Positions 44,920-56,039 of a stretch of DNA of 64,000 bases are shown in pieces. Under the pieces are notes generated by a model that had not been told where the DNA came from, did no database searches, and worked only from the letters and a program-made list of their open reading frames with translations. Both the position numbers and the translations under genes were made by a program. Location: NCBI GenBank assembly GCA_964016885.1, contig OZ024743.1, forward strand, positions 244,714,001 to 244,778,000, read 5' to 3'. The first letter of the stretch is position 1. Each line of letters opens with the position of its first letter. Source of the DNA: Eledone cirrhosa. Its lineage: Eukaryota.

Positions 44920-45270
44920 ATGTCGGGTCAACGGCCATCCCAAAGTGTGTAAATATGTATATATACACATGTACATATGTATGTATAAGCGCGGGGACAT
45001 AGAAATAGTCGGGCTGGACACCCGATCGCGCGGTTAAACCACTGGGAGTGAAGGACCCCTAGCCTTTGTCAGGGCATTCTTCTAGGAGAAGGCAACTCAA
45101 GAAACTGGGATAACTCCGATATAAAACCTGCAGCTCAGTATTTACCGATGATGTGGATCTTTTCTTCTTTTCGGGTTATAGCTACTGTCGCTCAGAGAGT
45201 GGGATTGGCTCAGTGCACAGTCTTTCCTCACTTTAAAAAATATCTTCACGCACAAACATTGCACGATAGC
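44920..45270 (+). mobile_element. RTE-like LINE 5' UTR-derived fragment, copy 1
   Basis: Shares GGGTCAAYGGCCATCC, GACCCCT(T)AGCCTTTGTCA and CTAGGAGAAGG..AACTC with 45431-46039. The CTAGGAGAAGGAAAACTC motif resembles RTE-clade 5' UTRs (recalled, not searched). Confidence 0.45.
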
Positions 45271-45345
45271 ATTAATTAATAATTATCAATAATGTTATAT
45301 CGTGCAATGGCCATACTTGATAACGAGGGGGAAGCCATCATCATA

Positions 45346-45430
45346 TATGTATGCATGTATGTATGCATGTATGTATGTATGTTTGTATGTATGTATGTAT
45401 GTATATATGTATGTATGTATGTATGTATGT
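45346..45430. repeat. (ATGT)n microsatellite
   Basis: Direct reading; further (ATGT)n tracts at about 46040-46071, 46636-46652, 47198-47265 and 49328-49365. Confidence 0.97.
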
Positions 45431-46039
45431 CAGGTCACCAGTTGGTGCTACTGGTAACATGTATTCCAGTACAACCTGTTCCATGGTCGGGTCGTTGGCG
45501 ACTAAACTGGCAACCCCACCAAGGTTTCTTGGTGAGGAGGGAGACTTTGGACATCCTGCAGGACTAAAAACAAAACCTGTCAAAGGGAAAAGGAACTCTT
45601 AAGGGTCAATGGCCATCCAAATTCACCGGGAGAGATGACCCCTTAGCCTTTGTCAAGGCAGAATTCTAGGAGAAGGAAAACTCTGATATAACACCTGCAA
45701 CTCTGATGGTATCCAATGATGTTGACTTGTTCTTCTTTTTGGTAAATATCATCTTGGTGAAGAGAGTGGGACTGGCTTTGTGCAGTGCCTTTGCTCACTA
45801 TAAAAGCTTCACGGCACAGGCATTGCTTTATATCTGGAGATCTCTCTGCACTTGTCGTCACATGGTACCATGGGCCCAGCACTATGTGTCAATAATTGTC
45901 ACAAGTGTAGTGTTTGTACCAGAGTTTCAAGTCGCTGGCTGGACTAAAAAGTCACACTCATTCAGCGCATCGGTAGGGGTTCTCCTTCATGGATATAAAG
46001 TAGTGGCCGTACTCGAAAACGAGTTGGCAGCCACCACCA
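45431..46039 (+). mobile_element. RTE-like non-autonomous fragment, copy 2, bounded by (ATGT)n on both sides
   Basis: GGCGACTAAACTGGCAACCCCAC and CTAGGAGAAGGAAAACTCTGAT motifs; homologous to 44920-45270. Confidence 0.5.
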
Positions 46040-46071
46040 TGTATGTATGTATGTATGTATGTATGTATGTA

Positions 46072-46635
46072 TATTCTTCTGGTTTTATAATTTCACAAAG
46101 TTTTACCAATAGAGAGAGAGTCGGTTTCTAACATAGACACAAGACTCTCTCATTGATATTTATCTTATTTTTACGTTCAACAAACGTCGCTTGTTGGCGT
46201 AATTGTTTCGCTGTGAAATAATTTAGCTCTGGGTGTATTTCGTCCCAGTGTAGCTTCATTCTGTTCATATAGCCAATGGAGGGATTGTTTTTTGCTATTT
46301 TATAACAATTAAATAAATCATTATTAAGTTCGCAACTCCAAGAGAAATGCGATTTATAATTTCGGTTTCTGTTTACCTTCCTTGTTATTTGTCTTCGGTA
46401 CTTCCTTAATTTTGTTGTTGATGTTGTGTTCAGCCATGCTGTTTGTAGCAAATCCTTGTAAAATAAATTATGTATTTAGTCGGATATCTCTACGAATTCG
46501 AATAAAAGGTGTCTTCAGAAGAATAACCAGTTATTCAACATGACTGTAGTTGTGGCATTACTTTCGGAGATAGTATTCATCTTAAATTTAATAAATAGTC
46601 TCCCAAGCCAAAATATGCGACTGATCGCGTTGACT
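46072..46635 (-). mobile_element. R4/Dong-clade non-LTR element, internally deleted copy (5' region joined to about 80-bp 3' end)
   Basis: ORF 46128..46451 contains WSCELNNDLFNCY..A..GYMNRMKLHWDEIHP..AKQLRQQA, the N-terminal motif typical of R4/Dong. Bases 46072-46153 duplicate the 3' end at 46653-46734. Confidence 0.75.
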
Positions 46636-46652
46636 GTATGTATGTATGTATG

Positions 46653-47195
46653 TTCTTCTGGTTTTATAATTTCACAAAGTTTTACCAATAGAGAGAGAGT
46701 CGGTTTCTAACATAGACACAAGACTCTCTCATTGGAATTTACACAACATCAACTAGGTAGATATGTATGTATGCATGTGTAGATATGGATATTATTGTAT
46801 GTGTGGATGTGTATGTTTTGAGTTGTATGTGTGCATGTGTATATGCTTTGTATCTGTACATGTGTATATGCAGTTATTAGATGCAAAATCTTTGGAATGT
46901 TTTACATATTTTTACTGTTCCATTAATGATTGTACTTGTAAATTTCCTAACTAGTTGTGTTCTTTCTGTTCCTGTGAAGCCTAGCTTCTCAAGATTTGTA
47001 TTGAGGCAGTTACTAACATACCTCAGTGCCCCAATAATCACAGGCATAAATTTGAAGGTGTAATCAGGGTGGAGTATCTGCAGATTTCTCATCAGTTCTG
47101 CATAAATATTCTCCTTTTCACTAAACTTTGATATTATATTGGCATCTGGTGGGCAGCTAATTTCCACTACTGTGCATGTTTTCTTTTCCCTGTCC
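46653..47195 (-). mobile_element. R4/Dong-clade element, 5'-truncated copy (RLE endonuclease C-terminus plus 3' UTR)
   Basis: ORF 46877..47167 EISCPPDANIISKFSEKENIYAEL..FMPVIIGAL..GTVKICKTF matches the E...P.D.N...K..EK..Y..L / P.IIGALG RLE motifs. Confidence 0.85.
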
Positions 47196-47196
47196 C

Positions 47197-47227
<31 letters not shown>

Positions 47228-47393
47228 TGTATGTATGTATGTATGTATGTATGTATGTATGTATGTGTGTGTATGTCTCTCTCTGTGTGTGCGTGTGTGT
47301 GTGTGTGTGTGTGTATGAATGTATATATATATTCGTGTGTGAGTATATGTATGTAAGTATGTATGTTCTGGTTTTATTTTTTATAATTCTCAC

Positions 47394-47409
47394 TGAGAGA
47401 GAGAGAGGG

Positions 47410-47468
<59 letters not shown>
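47394..47468. repeat. (GA)n microsatellite, apparently expanded within a third diverged R4/Dong-like 3' end
   Basis: Flanks TTCTGGTTTT..ATAATTCTCAC and GAGCCGGTTTC resemble TTCTGGTTTTATAATTTCAC..GAGTCGGTTTC at 46075 and 46656. Confidence 0.7.
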
Positions 47469-47470
<2 letters not shown>

Positions 47471-47843
47471 AAGAGCCGGTTTCACCATCATCAACAGCAA
47501 GAAGATATGCATCACCAGTAATATCAAGGACACAATAACATGATTAGGATATGTAAATTATGCGGTGTTACGGTTCAATATATCTAGTAACTCTTTCATG
47601 TCAACTAAAATCTTTGCACCGGTAATACATGTTTATATAGTGAAAGTAATGTATAAAATGTTTTAGTCATTAAATTACATGATATTATGAATAATGTATG
47701 GTTTTAGAGATAAGGACTTCGTTCTTGGTTTACAGAGAAATGAATTTCGTAAAACTGTGCTTGTACATATACAGTTAATGTGTGTATGTTTACATAGAAG
47801 CTATAGGTGCTATTCGGAAAAACACAGTCCCATTCACTAATTA

Positions 47844-47846
<3 letters not shown>

Positions 47847-47893
<47 letters not shown>

Positions 47894-47909
47894 AGCATGT
47901 ACTCACACG

Positions 47910-47996
<87 letters not shown>

Positions 47997-48050
47997 GTAT
48001 ATACACATACACATAAATACATACAAGCATGCACACTATGTATGTGTGTG
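47847..48050. repeat. Compound (AT)n/(CA)n microsatellite
   Basis: Direct reading. Confidence 0.97.
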
Positions 48051-48189
48051 TGTGTTTGTGCGTACTCCATTAGTTGCAATTATCTCTCTAGTTCCTGCCA
48101 TGCGTTTGAATGAGAATGCTTGTATATTAAAAACCCCTATATATATATATAGTGACGAAACATAAGTCAATTGCATGAACTCATAATCC

Positions 48190-48252
48190 TTTATTTACTA
48201 TATATATTTCGATGATAGCCATTGAATGGCTATGACCTCATCAGGCAGTTAG
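48190..48252 (-). ncRNA. Hammerhead ribozyme-like motif (probably degenerate), Penelope pLTR type
   Basis: Minus strand: CTGATGA (48244-48238), stem II GGTCATAGCCAT-TCA-ATGGCTATCATC, GAAA (48210-48207), palindromic TATATA, then AATAAA. Stem I pairing is imperfect. Confidence 0.6.
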
Positions 48253-48355
48253 TCAGTTCTTAGATATGCCAGCTCTGTGTTTATAGTGTTGATGGTATCA
48301 GAGCCTTGGGACATATTATATATATATATATAATATGATATATATATATATATCA

Positions 48356-48592
48356 CCTTGACCGACCAGTCCGTCGGGCACCAATCGGCGCCGCTGGTCA
48401 CAGCACGTCGTGCTGTTTTAGCCATAAGATAACGCCATCCCACTGGCAGGGCGAGCAGGCCGGTACTCATTTCTACAGCTGAGTAAACTGGAGCAACGTG
48501 AAATAAAGTGTCTTGCTCAAGGAAACAACACATCACCCGGTCCGAGAATTGAACTCACAACCTTTCGATTGCAAGCCGAATGCTTTAACCAC
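48356..48592 (-). mobile_element. tRNA-derived SINE
   Basis: Minus strand starts GTGGTTAAAGCATT (A-box-like) with GAGTTCAATTC (B-box-like), then the conserved-looking core TCCTTGAGCAAGACACTTTATTTCACGTTGCTCCAG. A related copy lies at 49620-49710. Confidence 0.8.
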
Positions 48593-48666
48593 AAAGCATA
48601 TATATATCAGTGCAAATGTATATGTATGAATATGTGCGTAAATACTTACACGCATACACACACACA

Positions 48667-48797
<131 letters not shown>

Positions 48798-49249
48798 CCC
48801 ATTTAATACACTAATATTAACTTTGTGCAAGTTTAAAGTCCATTTCCTGTGAGATAACACTTTTATAATGGCGGACATTATTTAACGTTGCAGTTCAATG
48901 ACACTTTTTTTTCACATATTTAGCAGTACTGTCTTCTGTGATGACACCTTAAGATAAACAAAACACAGAAACACAAACACTTACATATATACACCACCTT
49001 ATTGTTACTGTTTCTGAGATTGAAGAACAAACAGTTCTCAGATCGGAAACCATCAATGAACACTTAAAATAATACATGCATTTGCTCAACTTAGTTTATC
49101 TCATTTCTCCAACTTGTGATTCTGAATTTCTACGTTGAATAAAATGTCGGCAAAGACGTAAGCTGAATAAAACCCGTTCTGAAATGACATGTATACACTG
49201 TGTTAATTATATATAAACTAAATTAAACACAGTTTATTTCACTGAAATC

Positions 49250-49287
<38 letters not shown>

Positions 49288-49290
49288 GGC

Positions 49291-49329
<39 letters not shown>

Positions 49330-49365
49330 ATGTATGTATGTATGTAATGTATGTATGTATGTATG
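49250..49365. repeat. (GTCT)n then (ATGT)n microsatellite
   Basis: Direct reading. Confidence 0.97.
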
Positions 49366-49619
49366 AAGACTTGTTATTTGTCAAAGTGGTTGTAATGTCC
49401 TTAAGAACATCCAGTCTAAAGTTTAAATACCGCACGCCCCTGCAATACAAGTCTAGAAAATGAAAGTCTTTGTATTACTTATAAAAGTGTTATTGAGGGA
49501 TTAATCGGTTATTTGTGTTATGTTGAAATACTAGAATCGCTTTGTTTGTTTTGTTAAAAGTCTACGTGGTCGGTATACGTTCGTATCTCCTCTCAGATAT
49601 CTCCCTTTTTATTATAGCT

Positions 49620-49710
49620 TAAGTGAAAGTTGTGAGTTCGATTCGCGGACCTGATGGTGCGTTGTGTCCTTAAGGAAGACACTTATTTTACGTTGCTTCG
49701 GTGCACTATC
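49620..49710 (+). mobile_element. Partial tRNA-derived SINE (same family as 48356-48592)
   Basis: GTTGTGAGTTCGATTCGCGGACC..GTTGTGTCCTTAAGGAAGACACTTATTTTACGTTGCT aligns to the reverse complement of the 48.4-48.6 kb copy. Confidence 0.7.
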
Positions 49711-49799
49711 TAATAAAAACAAAACATACTATTAAAGAGAACAGAAAAAAAAAGAAAACAGAAAATGCATAGGAGAAAAAGAAAGATCAAACGTCAAAA

Positions 49800-50025
49800 G
49801 CGTAACCAAGGAAAATGGCCAGAGACACCAGCCTGATTATGCTCCCTCCTCAAGCGGTCCGCCGTATTCCCGACTTTACGGAGAGCGATGCAAAGAGGAA
49901 GCGGCCGACCAGGCCCCGGTATTTGACTATCGTCTACTCCTCATTGCGGGCAGCGGAGCCCTGGTTTGTGGCCGAAGCGACAAGGCTGGAGGCGGAGAAC
50001 GAGTCGCTGCATATCGCAGAAAATG
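49800..50025 (-). mobile_element. Second CRE-like endonuclease fragment, paralogous to 42753-42860 and extending past the array junction
   Basis: CATTGCGGGCAGCGGAGCCCTGGTTTGTGGCCGAAGCGACAAG..GAGAACGAGT aligns with 42779-42842. Minus translation SDSFSASSLVASATNQGSAARNEE*TIVKYRGLVGRFLFASLSV. Confidence 0.8.
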
Positions 50026-50378
50026 TTTTGCGACGACACAGATGCCAAGCTGTGTCGACCTTTGCAATATCGGTGTCATGGAGAGAGAAGACTGTCATTC
50101 ATGGGCGTTTGCTGGTCTTCCACAAAACACCATGCCTGGGCTTGTGCCGCAGGGGCTTTCTTTCTAAGTCACAAGCTTGGGCATGGTGGTGGTGATGGAA
50201 TTGTTGTTGCTTAGTTTTAAGTCACCCCTTATGGAACATCCTTATGATATATTTGTAGCCGATGGGATTTGTTGCTGCTGTTAGTTAATCTCAAGTCAAA
50301 TGTGCATTCCTCTTGTATGTAGGTAGACCGAGCATTCTTGATGTACGTAGGTAGCTGGTGTTGTCTGACACACACACA

Positions 50379-50453
<75 letters not shown>
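50379..50453. repeat. (ATCT)n microsatellite
   Basis: Direct reading; shorter tracts at about 50588-50614 and 51751-51770. Confidence 0.97.
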
Positions 50454-50588
50454 GATTGTTATTTTATTTTATATATAGTTTATTGTTATTTATTAATGTT
50501 AAAGTTATATGATTTTTATGTAAAACCCCCGCCGTCACGTCTTGTAATGTGCCATTTTTGTACGCCCTTGTGGCAAATAAATAAAGAT
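50453..50588 (+). mobile_element. Short 5'-truncated copy of the Tx1-like 3' UTR
   Basis: About 135-bp match to 51619-51752, ending TGTGGCAAATAAA..AAGAT followed by (ATCT)n. Confidence 0.85.
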
Positions 50589-50614
50589 ATCTATCTATCT
50601 ATTTATCTATCTAT

Positions 50615-51752
50615 CGGCGTGGCTCATGATGCGCAAACACACGCTGAGGCGACTCCATCTTTAGGTATTCCTGATCGGCGAAGCGGTGTGGCTGTCGTTT
50701 GTGAGACGAGCTCTTCCACAACTCGTCTCGCTAACAGAACTACAGTCCTGGGTCAAGCGAAGACCGAAAATGGGCGCCTGGCACCTCGAGTGCTTTCAGG
50801 CGCTCACAGCCATCTACCAAGCGGAAACGGCAATTAGCGGAGACTCCACTTCGACATTCTACAGTGGATTAGTAGGTGATAAGTGCGACGACATTCTCGG
50901 GGAAACTCTAGGCATCGAGGAGGACGAACTGACCAGTCTGTTCGGGAGGACTTTCCCTCCAGGGCCTATGGATAACTTACAGAGGTCTCTGTCCTGGCAG
51001 TGATACCGAGGAGCTCTACCAGTTCGAGACAAAATCTACAGGCACGGACGCCCTGGCAGAGATCCTGCCAAATGGACCTGTCCAAGATGCGAGCAGGACA
51101 TCGAAACCGTTCTGCATGCAATTGTTCAGTGCCCAGAGGTGACCGACCTGTGGAATTATGTCGAACAGCTACTGTCACGTGTGGGACAAATCCAGTTGTC
51201 AGCCGAGTCCATCGTGAGGTTCACCCCGCCGCCTTCATTTAAGAATGAAGGAGAGGCGGTTTTCCTCTGTCTGGTGGCTATAGCGAAAGAGCTAATATGG
51301 TGGCCGAGGTTAAAAGGACTGAGGGCAAACACCTTTCTCTCCGGACAACAACTTATCCCCTTCTTTAAGTATCACTTCAGAAGGAAGGTGAGAGTGGAGA
51401 GAGAGGTGCTACACCCCAGTAAATTCGCTGAAAGGTGGGTGAATGTCGCGAAAATGGCCCGAGTGATTGGGCTTTCTCTGTATATAAACCTGTAGGTTGA
51501 GGAAGATTAACTGAGGGAAGACAGGAACACCTACAAAACGTGTTCCTGGTGTTGAGGGTTGTTCTATTTACGGGGTGTAAAACAACCTCACAGTAACGTT
51601 CCCCGCCATTGGGGATTTCGATTGTTATTTTATTTTATATAGTTTATTGTTATTTATTAATGTTAAAGTTATATGACTTTTATGTAAAATCCCCGCCGTC
51701 ATGTCTTGTAATGTCCCATTTGTGTACACCCCTGTGGCAAATAAAGAAAGAT
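50615..51752 (+). mobile_element. Tx1/L1-clade LINE, 5'-truncated 3' part (C-terminal zinc-knuckle region plus 3' UTR)
   Basis: Translation across lesions: LSWQ*YRGALPVRDKIYRHG..CPRCEQDIETVLHAIVQCP..LWNYVEQLL..AIAKELIW, the CCHC C-terminus of L1/Tx1 ORF2. AATAAA near the 3' end. Confidence 0.85.
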
Positions 51753-52243
51753 ATCTATCTATCTATCTATATTCACCAATATATTTATCTACGAATAATA
51801 ACAACAATAACAACAAATCATAAATCACAATGGTCGTTCGAAGATAGAGAGATAGAACACCTCATAACTTAGGATATATGCTTGTTAATGATCAAACAAA
51901 ATATGGAAGAAAATCATTGATTTAAAGGAATATAAAATGAAATGCGACAATGGCCAGAGTGACAAAAGTGAAAAAACCCCCTGAAGATGATGCAAGATTC
52001 ACAGAATGTTGTAATAACGGAATTGTTAAATCTATTTATTTTTGCTATAAACCCCGTCACTTTTTATGAGTTCTATACTAGTGTTTTCGGACAAGTTCGA
52101 AATTTGAAAGTGAACTTGCTTTTTGTAAAACTTACACAACATAGGCTTAACTATAAAATAGTTGAATGAGTCGGATAGAAACCCCCCGGACACACACACA
52201 TATATATATATATCTGTCGGCTCTGTCCACAATTTCCGAGTCC

Positions 52244-52308
<65 letters not shown>

Positions 52309-52355
52309 AAAAAAGATGAAATCGAAAATGCAACTGGAGTATTTTTTTTTTTTTA

Positions 52356-52515
52356 ATATTTATTTGGTTCGTTTACCGGTTTCGCAGTTCTTCTGCTTTT
52401 CAAAAGTAGAGTTGAGATGTGGTTTTTTCTCGCGAAAAACCACGAACCCTCCATCTCAATTCTACTTTTGAAAAGCACAAGAACTGTGAAACCGGTAAAC
52501 GAACCAAATAAATAT
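52356..52515. repeat. Foldback: 64-bp inverted repeat arms with a 32-bp loop
   Basis: 52356-52419 is the reverse complement of 52452-52515 with 3 substitutions. The loop region holds a second hairpin, GTGGTTTTT..AAAAACCAC. Confidence 0.95.
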
Positions 52516-53229
52516 ATTTAAAATAAAAAAGACTCTTTTTTCTTATACTTTCAATCGTGTAGGACGCCTCGTTTTTTTTTTCATTTTGTAAAAAAACGTC
52601 ACTTTCTAATATCTACTATATAAATTGGAAGTGGTCGGACGTTGTATATTTAAGTAAGTAGGTGTAGTTGGATAAACGTCGAAACGGCTTGTTGGAATGC
52701 AGCGAAAATTTACACAGTTATGCAGAATGACCCGAAGAGGCATTGGGTCGACTTTTAGGGCACAAGCTTCCATGGTTACGGAGAAAATCGATGAAACAGG
52801 AATTTCCCATTCAAATTGAACTGAGAGTAATCTTGAACGCAGAAGTCAATATTTCGATAAACGTTCCAACCGAACGAAAACAGGAAGACGATATTTTGGT
52901 TCGTGAAGACGTTCCCTGGCATTGAACGGGAAAAAAAGCGAGGATAATACGTCGTTATATGGAGCGAGAAAGAACAATTTCATGCAAAGACAAGACCAAG
53001 TTTATGGTATAAATGGAGTCGTTAGACTAATATTCTATTTAACATAACAGAATGATTTCCAGCCCCGGAGTTTAAGAATGATGTAAATAAAATTGAAAAC
53101 GAAAATGACAGAGGTTATTAAAATAGTAAAAGTAAATAGTGAAGATTTAGGCCAGTACATACGTATGCCTCGACGGACATACACATACATACGCACACAC
53201 AAATACATACCCCCCCCCACACACAGATA

Positions 53230-53264
<35 letters not shown>

Positions 53265-53444
53265 ACGAGCGCGCGCGTGTATAAACCTTATGCATTTTTA
53301 CAGTATTTTCACCAAACTTAAGATATAGGTTACTTATGTACTCCGGATGGTCATGGGCACTTTCATTTTTACAGATATTGATTATAGGGCCTCCCGGCAG
53401 ATAACCCCCTTGAAGTCGACTGAAGAACTGCAGTGCAATGCAAC

Positions 53445-53677
53445 AAATCGTCATAACTTCTGGAGTTCGCAACCGATTTTCACAAAACTTGACACATGGG
53501 CTACGTTTGTCCTACAGATGAATGTGAACTCTGAGAATTGGCACATATTGAGTAGGGGACCCCTGTGGGCAGGAACCCTCTTTTGGAAAAAGCCGATGAT
53601 TTTGTAAAAAGTATAGTTTTCAAAGTAGCACTGAAGTATTGACATAATACCCGAGCAACGCCGGGTTCCTCTGCTAG

Positions 53678-53678
<1 letters not shown>
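53445..53678 (+). mobile_element. Non-autonomous Helitron-like 3' end
   Basis: Subterminal hairpin ACCCGAGCAACGCCGGGT followed by CTAG(T), abutting (AT)n; upstream AACCGATTTTCACAAAACTT motif. 5' boundary uncertain (may reach about 52300). Confidence 0.65.
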
Positions 53679-53679
<1 letters not shown>

Positions 53680-53747
<68 letters not shown>

Positions 53748-53817
53748 AAGGAAGGGAGAGAAAGGGGACAGAGAGTTAGATATAGATACAGAAACACATT
53801 GATGGATAGATAAGTGG

Positions 53818-53882
<65 letters not shown>
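53680..53882. repeat. (AT)n and (GA)n microsatellites
   Basis: (AT)n about 53680-53743; (GA)n about 53820-53882. Confidence 0.97.
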
Positions 53883-53883
<1 letters not shown>

Positions 53884-54496
53884 GGGGTAGTGGAGAGAGG
53901 AAAGTGTGTATATATGTTGAGTGTCACAGTGTAGAAACTAAAACAAAATGGGATTTGAATTGATTATTGAATGCCTTAGTTAAAGAAAAGGGGTTGCAGA
54001 AAATAGGGAGTCAAACAAACAAACAGAGAAAGAGAGAAATAAACAACAAAGAAAATACAAAAGCAATAATTGTTGATTGGTTGGATGGTTGGATGGTTGG
54101 TTGATTATAGAAACTTTTGAAAGGGAAGAGCAGGGGGGGGGGGGGGGGGGGAAGAGTGGAGTGGAGGAGTAGAGGGGGGCAGAAGGGAGTGGAGGAGTAG
54201 AGAGGGGAGAGCTTTGGTTCCGGGTTCCATGGTGCTGTCGATTTTTTGGCAGTTTCTTTTCATTTAGACATACGCATTGCGCACGAGGAGAGAGAGGGAC
54301 ATGGAGAGATAGCAAAAGGAAGCGAGGGGGTGGGGACATAGAAAGAAAGAAGGAGAGAGAGAGAGAGAGGATGGATATGAAGTAGGGGTGGGGGAGGAGG
54401 TGGAGAACGCTAAATGCGTTCTGTAGACGTTGATTCCTGTTTATACGCAGCGTCAGGAGGATGGGGCGGGGTGGTGTGGTGCACTATCAGCCATCG

Positions 54497-55000
54497 ATCA
54501 CACCACCATCATCATCACCACCACCCGCATCAGCATCATCATCATCATCATCGTCATCATCATCATTGTCATCATTGTCGTCACCATTATCGTTGATGTC
54601 GTGGTCGTTGTCACCATCGTCACACTCATCCCACCACCAACACCACCATCATCCCCACCATCTCCACTACTACACTCTCCACTACAATAACCGCCACCAC
54701 CACCTTCCTTCTTACAATATCACCCTCAACCACCACCGCTATTACCACCAACACCACCGCCATCCTTCCTACCCCCCCCCCCCCCCCCCTCCCCTGCCGC
54801 CGCCGCCTCCGCTGCCGCCGCCTCAACCCTCATCATCATCACCACCACCACCACCCTCACCACCAACACCACCACCACCACCCTCACCATCATCACCACC
54901 ACCATCACCACCACGGCCGCCACTGCCGCCGCCGCACCACCACCACCCTCACCACCACCACCACCACCACCACCAAAACAACAACAACAGTAACAACAAT
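54497..55000. repeat. Degenerate trinucleotide low-complexity tract (CAT/CAC/CCG/CAA)n with poly-C
   Basis: Direct reading; it generates the spurious poly-H/P/S ORFs. Confidence 0.9.
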
Positions 55001-55228
55001 ACATGTCTGCTGTATTTCTGGTTGTAGTTGATTTCTAGACAAGAAATATATTTAGAAATATACTTGAAACATCTATTTAGAGGTTTGGAATGTTGGCGAA
55101 ACGGATACAGCACCGTACTAAATACCTTACACAGTCTAACTACAGCCTTCAACGCTGTAGTTCGAATCCAACCACAGTCAATTCTGTAGATCACTTAATT
55201 TTAATTTGGTGCCACTTGAGCATGATGT

Positions 55229-55454
55229 TTATCTGGTAATTTACACTTTAGTGTGCAGTCTACCTGTTAATTTACAATGTAGCGTGCCTTCTACCTAATC
55301 TTTTACACTTTAGTGTGCATTCTACCTGGCCATTTAGACTTTGACATGCAGTCTACCTGGTCATTTACACTTTAGTGTGCAGTCTACCTGGTCATTTACA
55401 CTTTAGTGTGCAATCTACCTGGTCATTTACATTTAGTGTGCAGTCTACTTGGTC
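55229..55454. repeat. 31-bp minisatellite, about 7 copies
   Basis: Unit TCTACCTGGTCATTTACACTTTAGTGTGCAG, best conserved at 55352-55445. Confidence 0.92.
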
Positions 55455-56039
55455 TTTGATAGCCATATTCTTTGAGTGGTCAACATTTTTTCCCGGTTGG
55501 CTTCCGAACATAAACACTTGTCCAGACTAAACCCATTTTTATGTTTCTTGAGGATGTCGTGACCAACTCTAATTACCTCTCGGTGTTGTGAATCGGAGGC
55601 GGTGGAACTGGGAGGCCGGGGGTGAGGGTGCATGCCCTTCTCCCCCAATAATTATATTTTTCTCCCAAAATTACCAAAACACACATCTATTTGTATATAC
55701 GCTACAATTTATGTACATGTTATGTTTACCGCATATATCGAAGTCTTTTTATATCTTGGTTGATATTTGATAATAACAGCTAAACTAATCACTACAACTA
55801 AATTGACCAAATTTGATCCCCACTCCCAATTTAGAAATGCTTCCACCACTCCTGTGAATATTACCTGAATACAGCTTAAAGTCATCGAGGAAAAATTTGT
55901 GAGTGACATTAAACGTTTCCTTCAGTTGATCCTATCTTGATATTTCCGCTGCAGGGCTAACATGGTGGTTCACTGCTGACACGAACAGCATTACAAACAA
56001 GCTGTCACCTGTGAATATTCCTGTCGATAATCCAATTCT

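Noticed and set aside
48520-48592. tRNA gene
   Set aside because: A/B-box-like head runs into a SINE body; no complete cloverleaf. The same applies at 59077-59170.
55590-55855. Possible MITE with GGAG..GGTGGAA terminal inverted repeats
   Set aside because: The match is short and imperfect, with no convincing target-site duplication.
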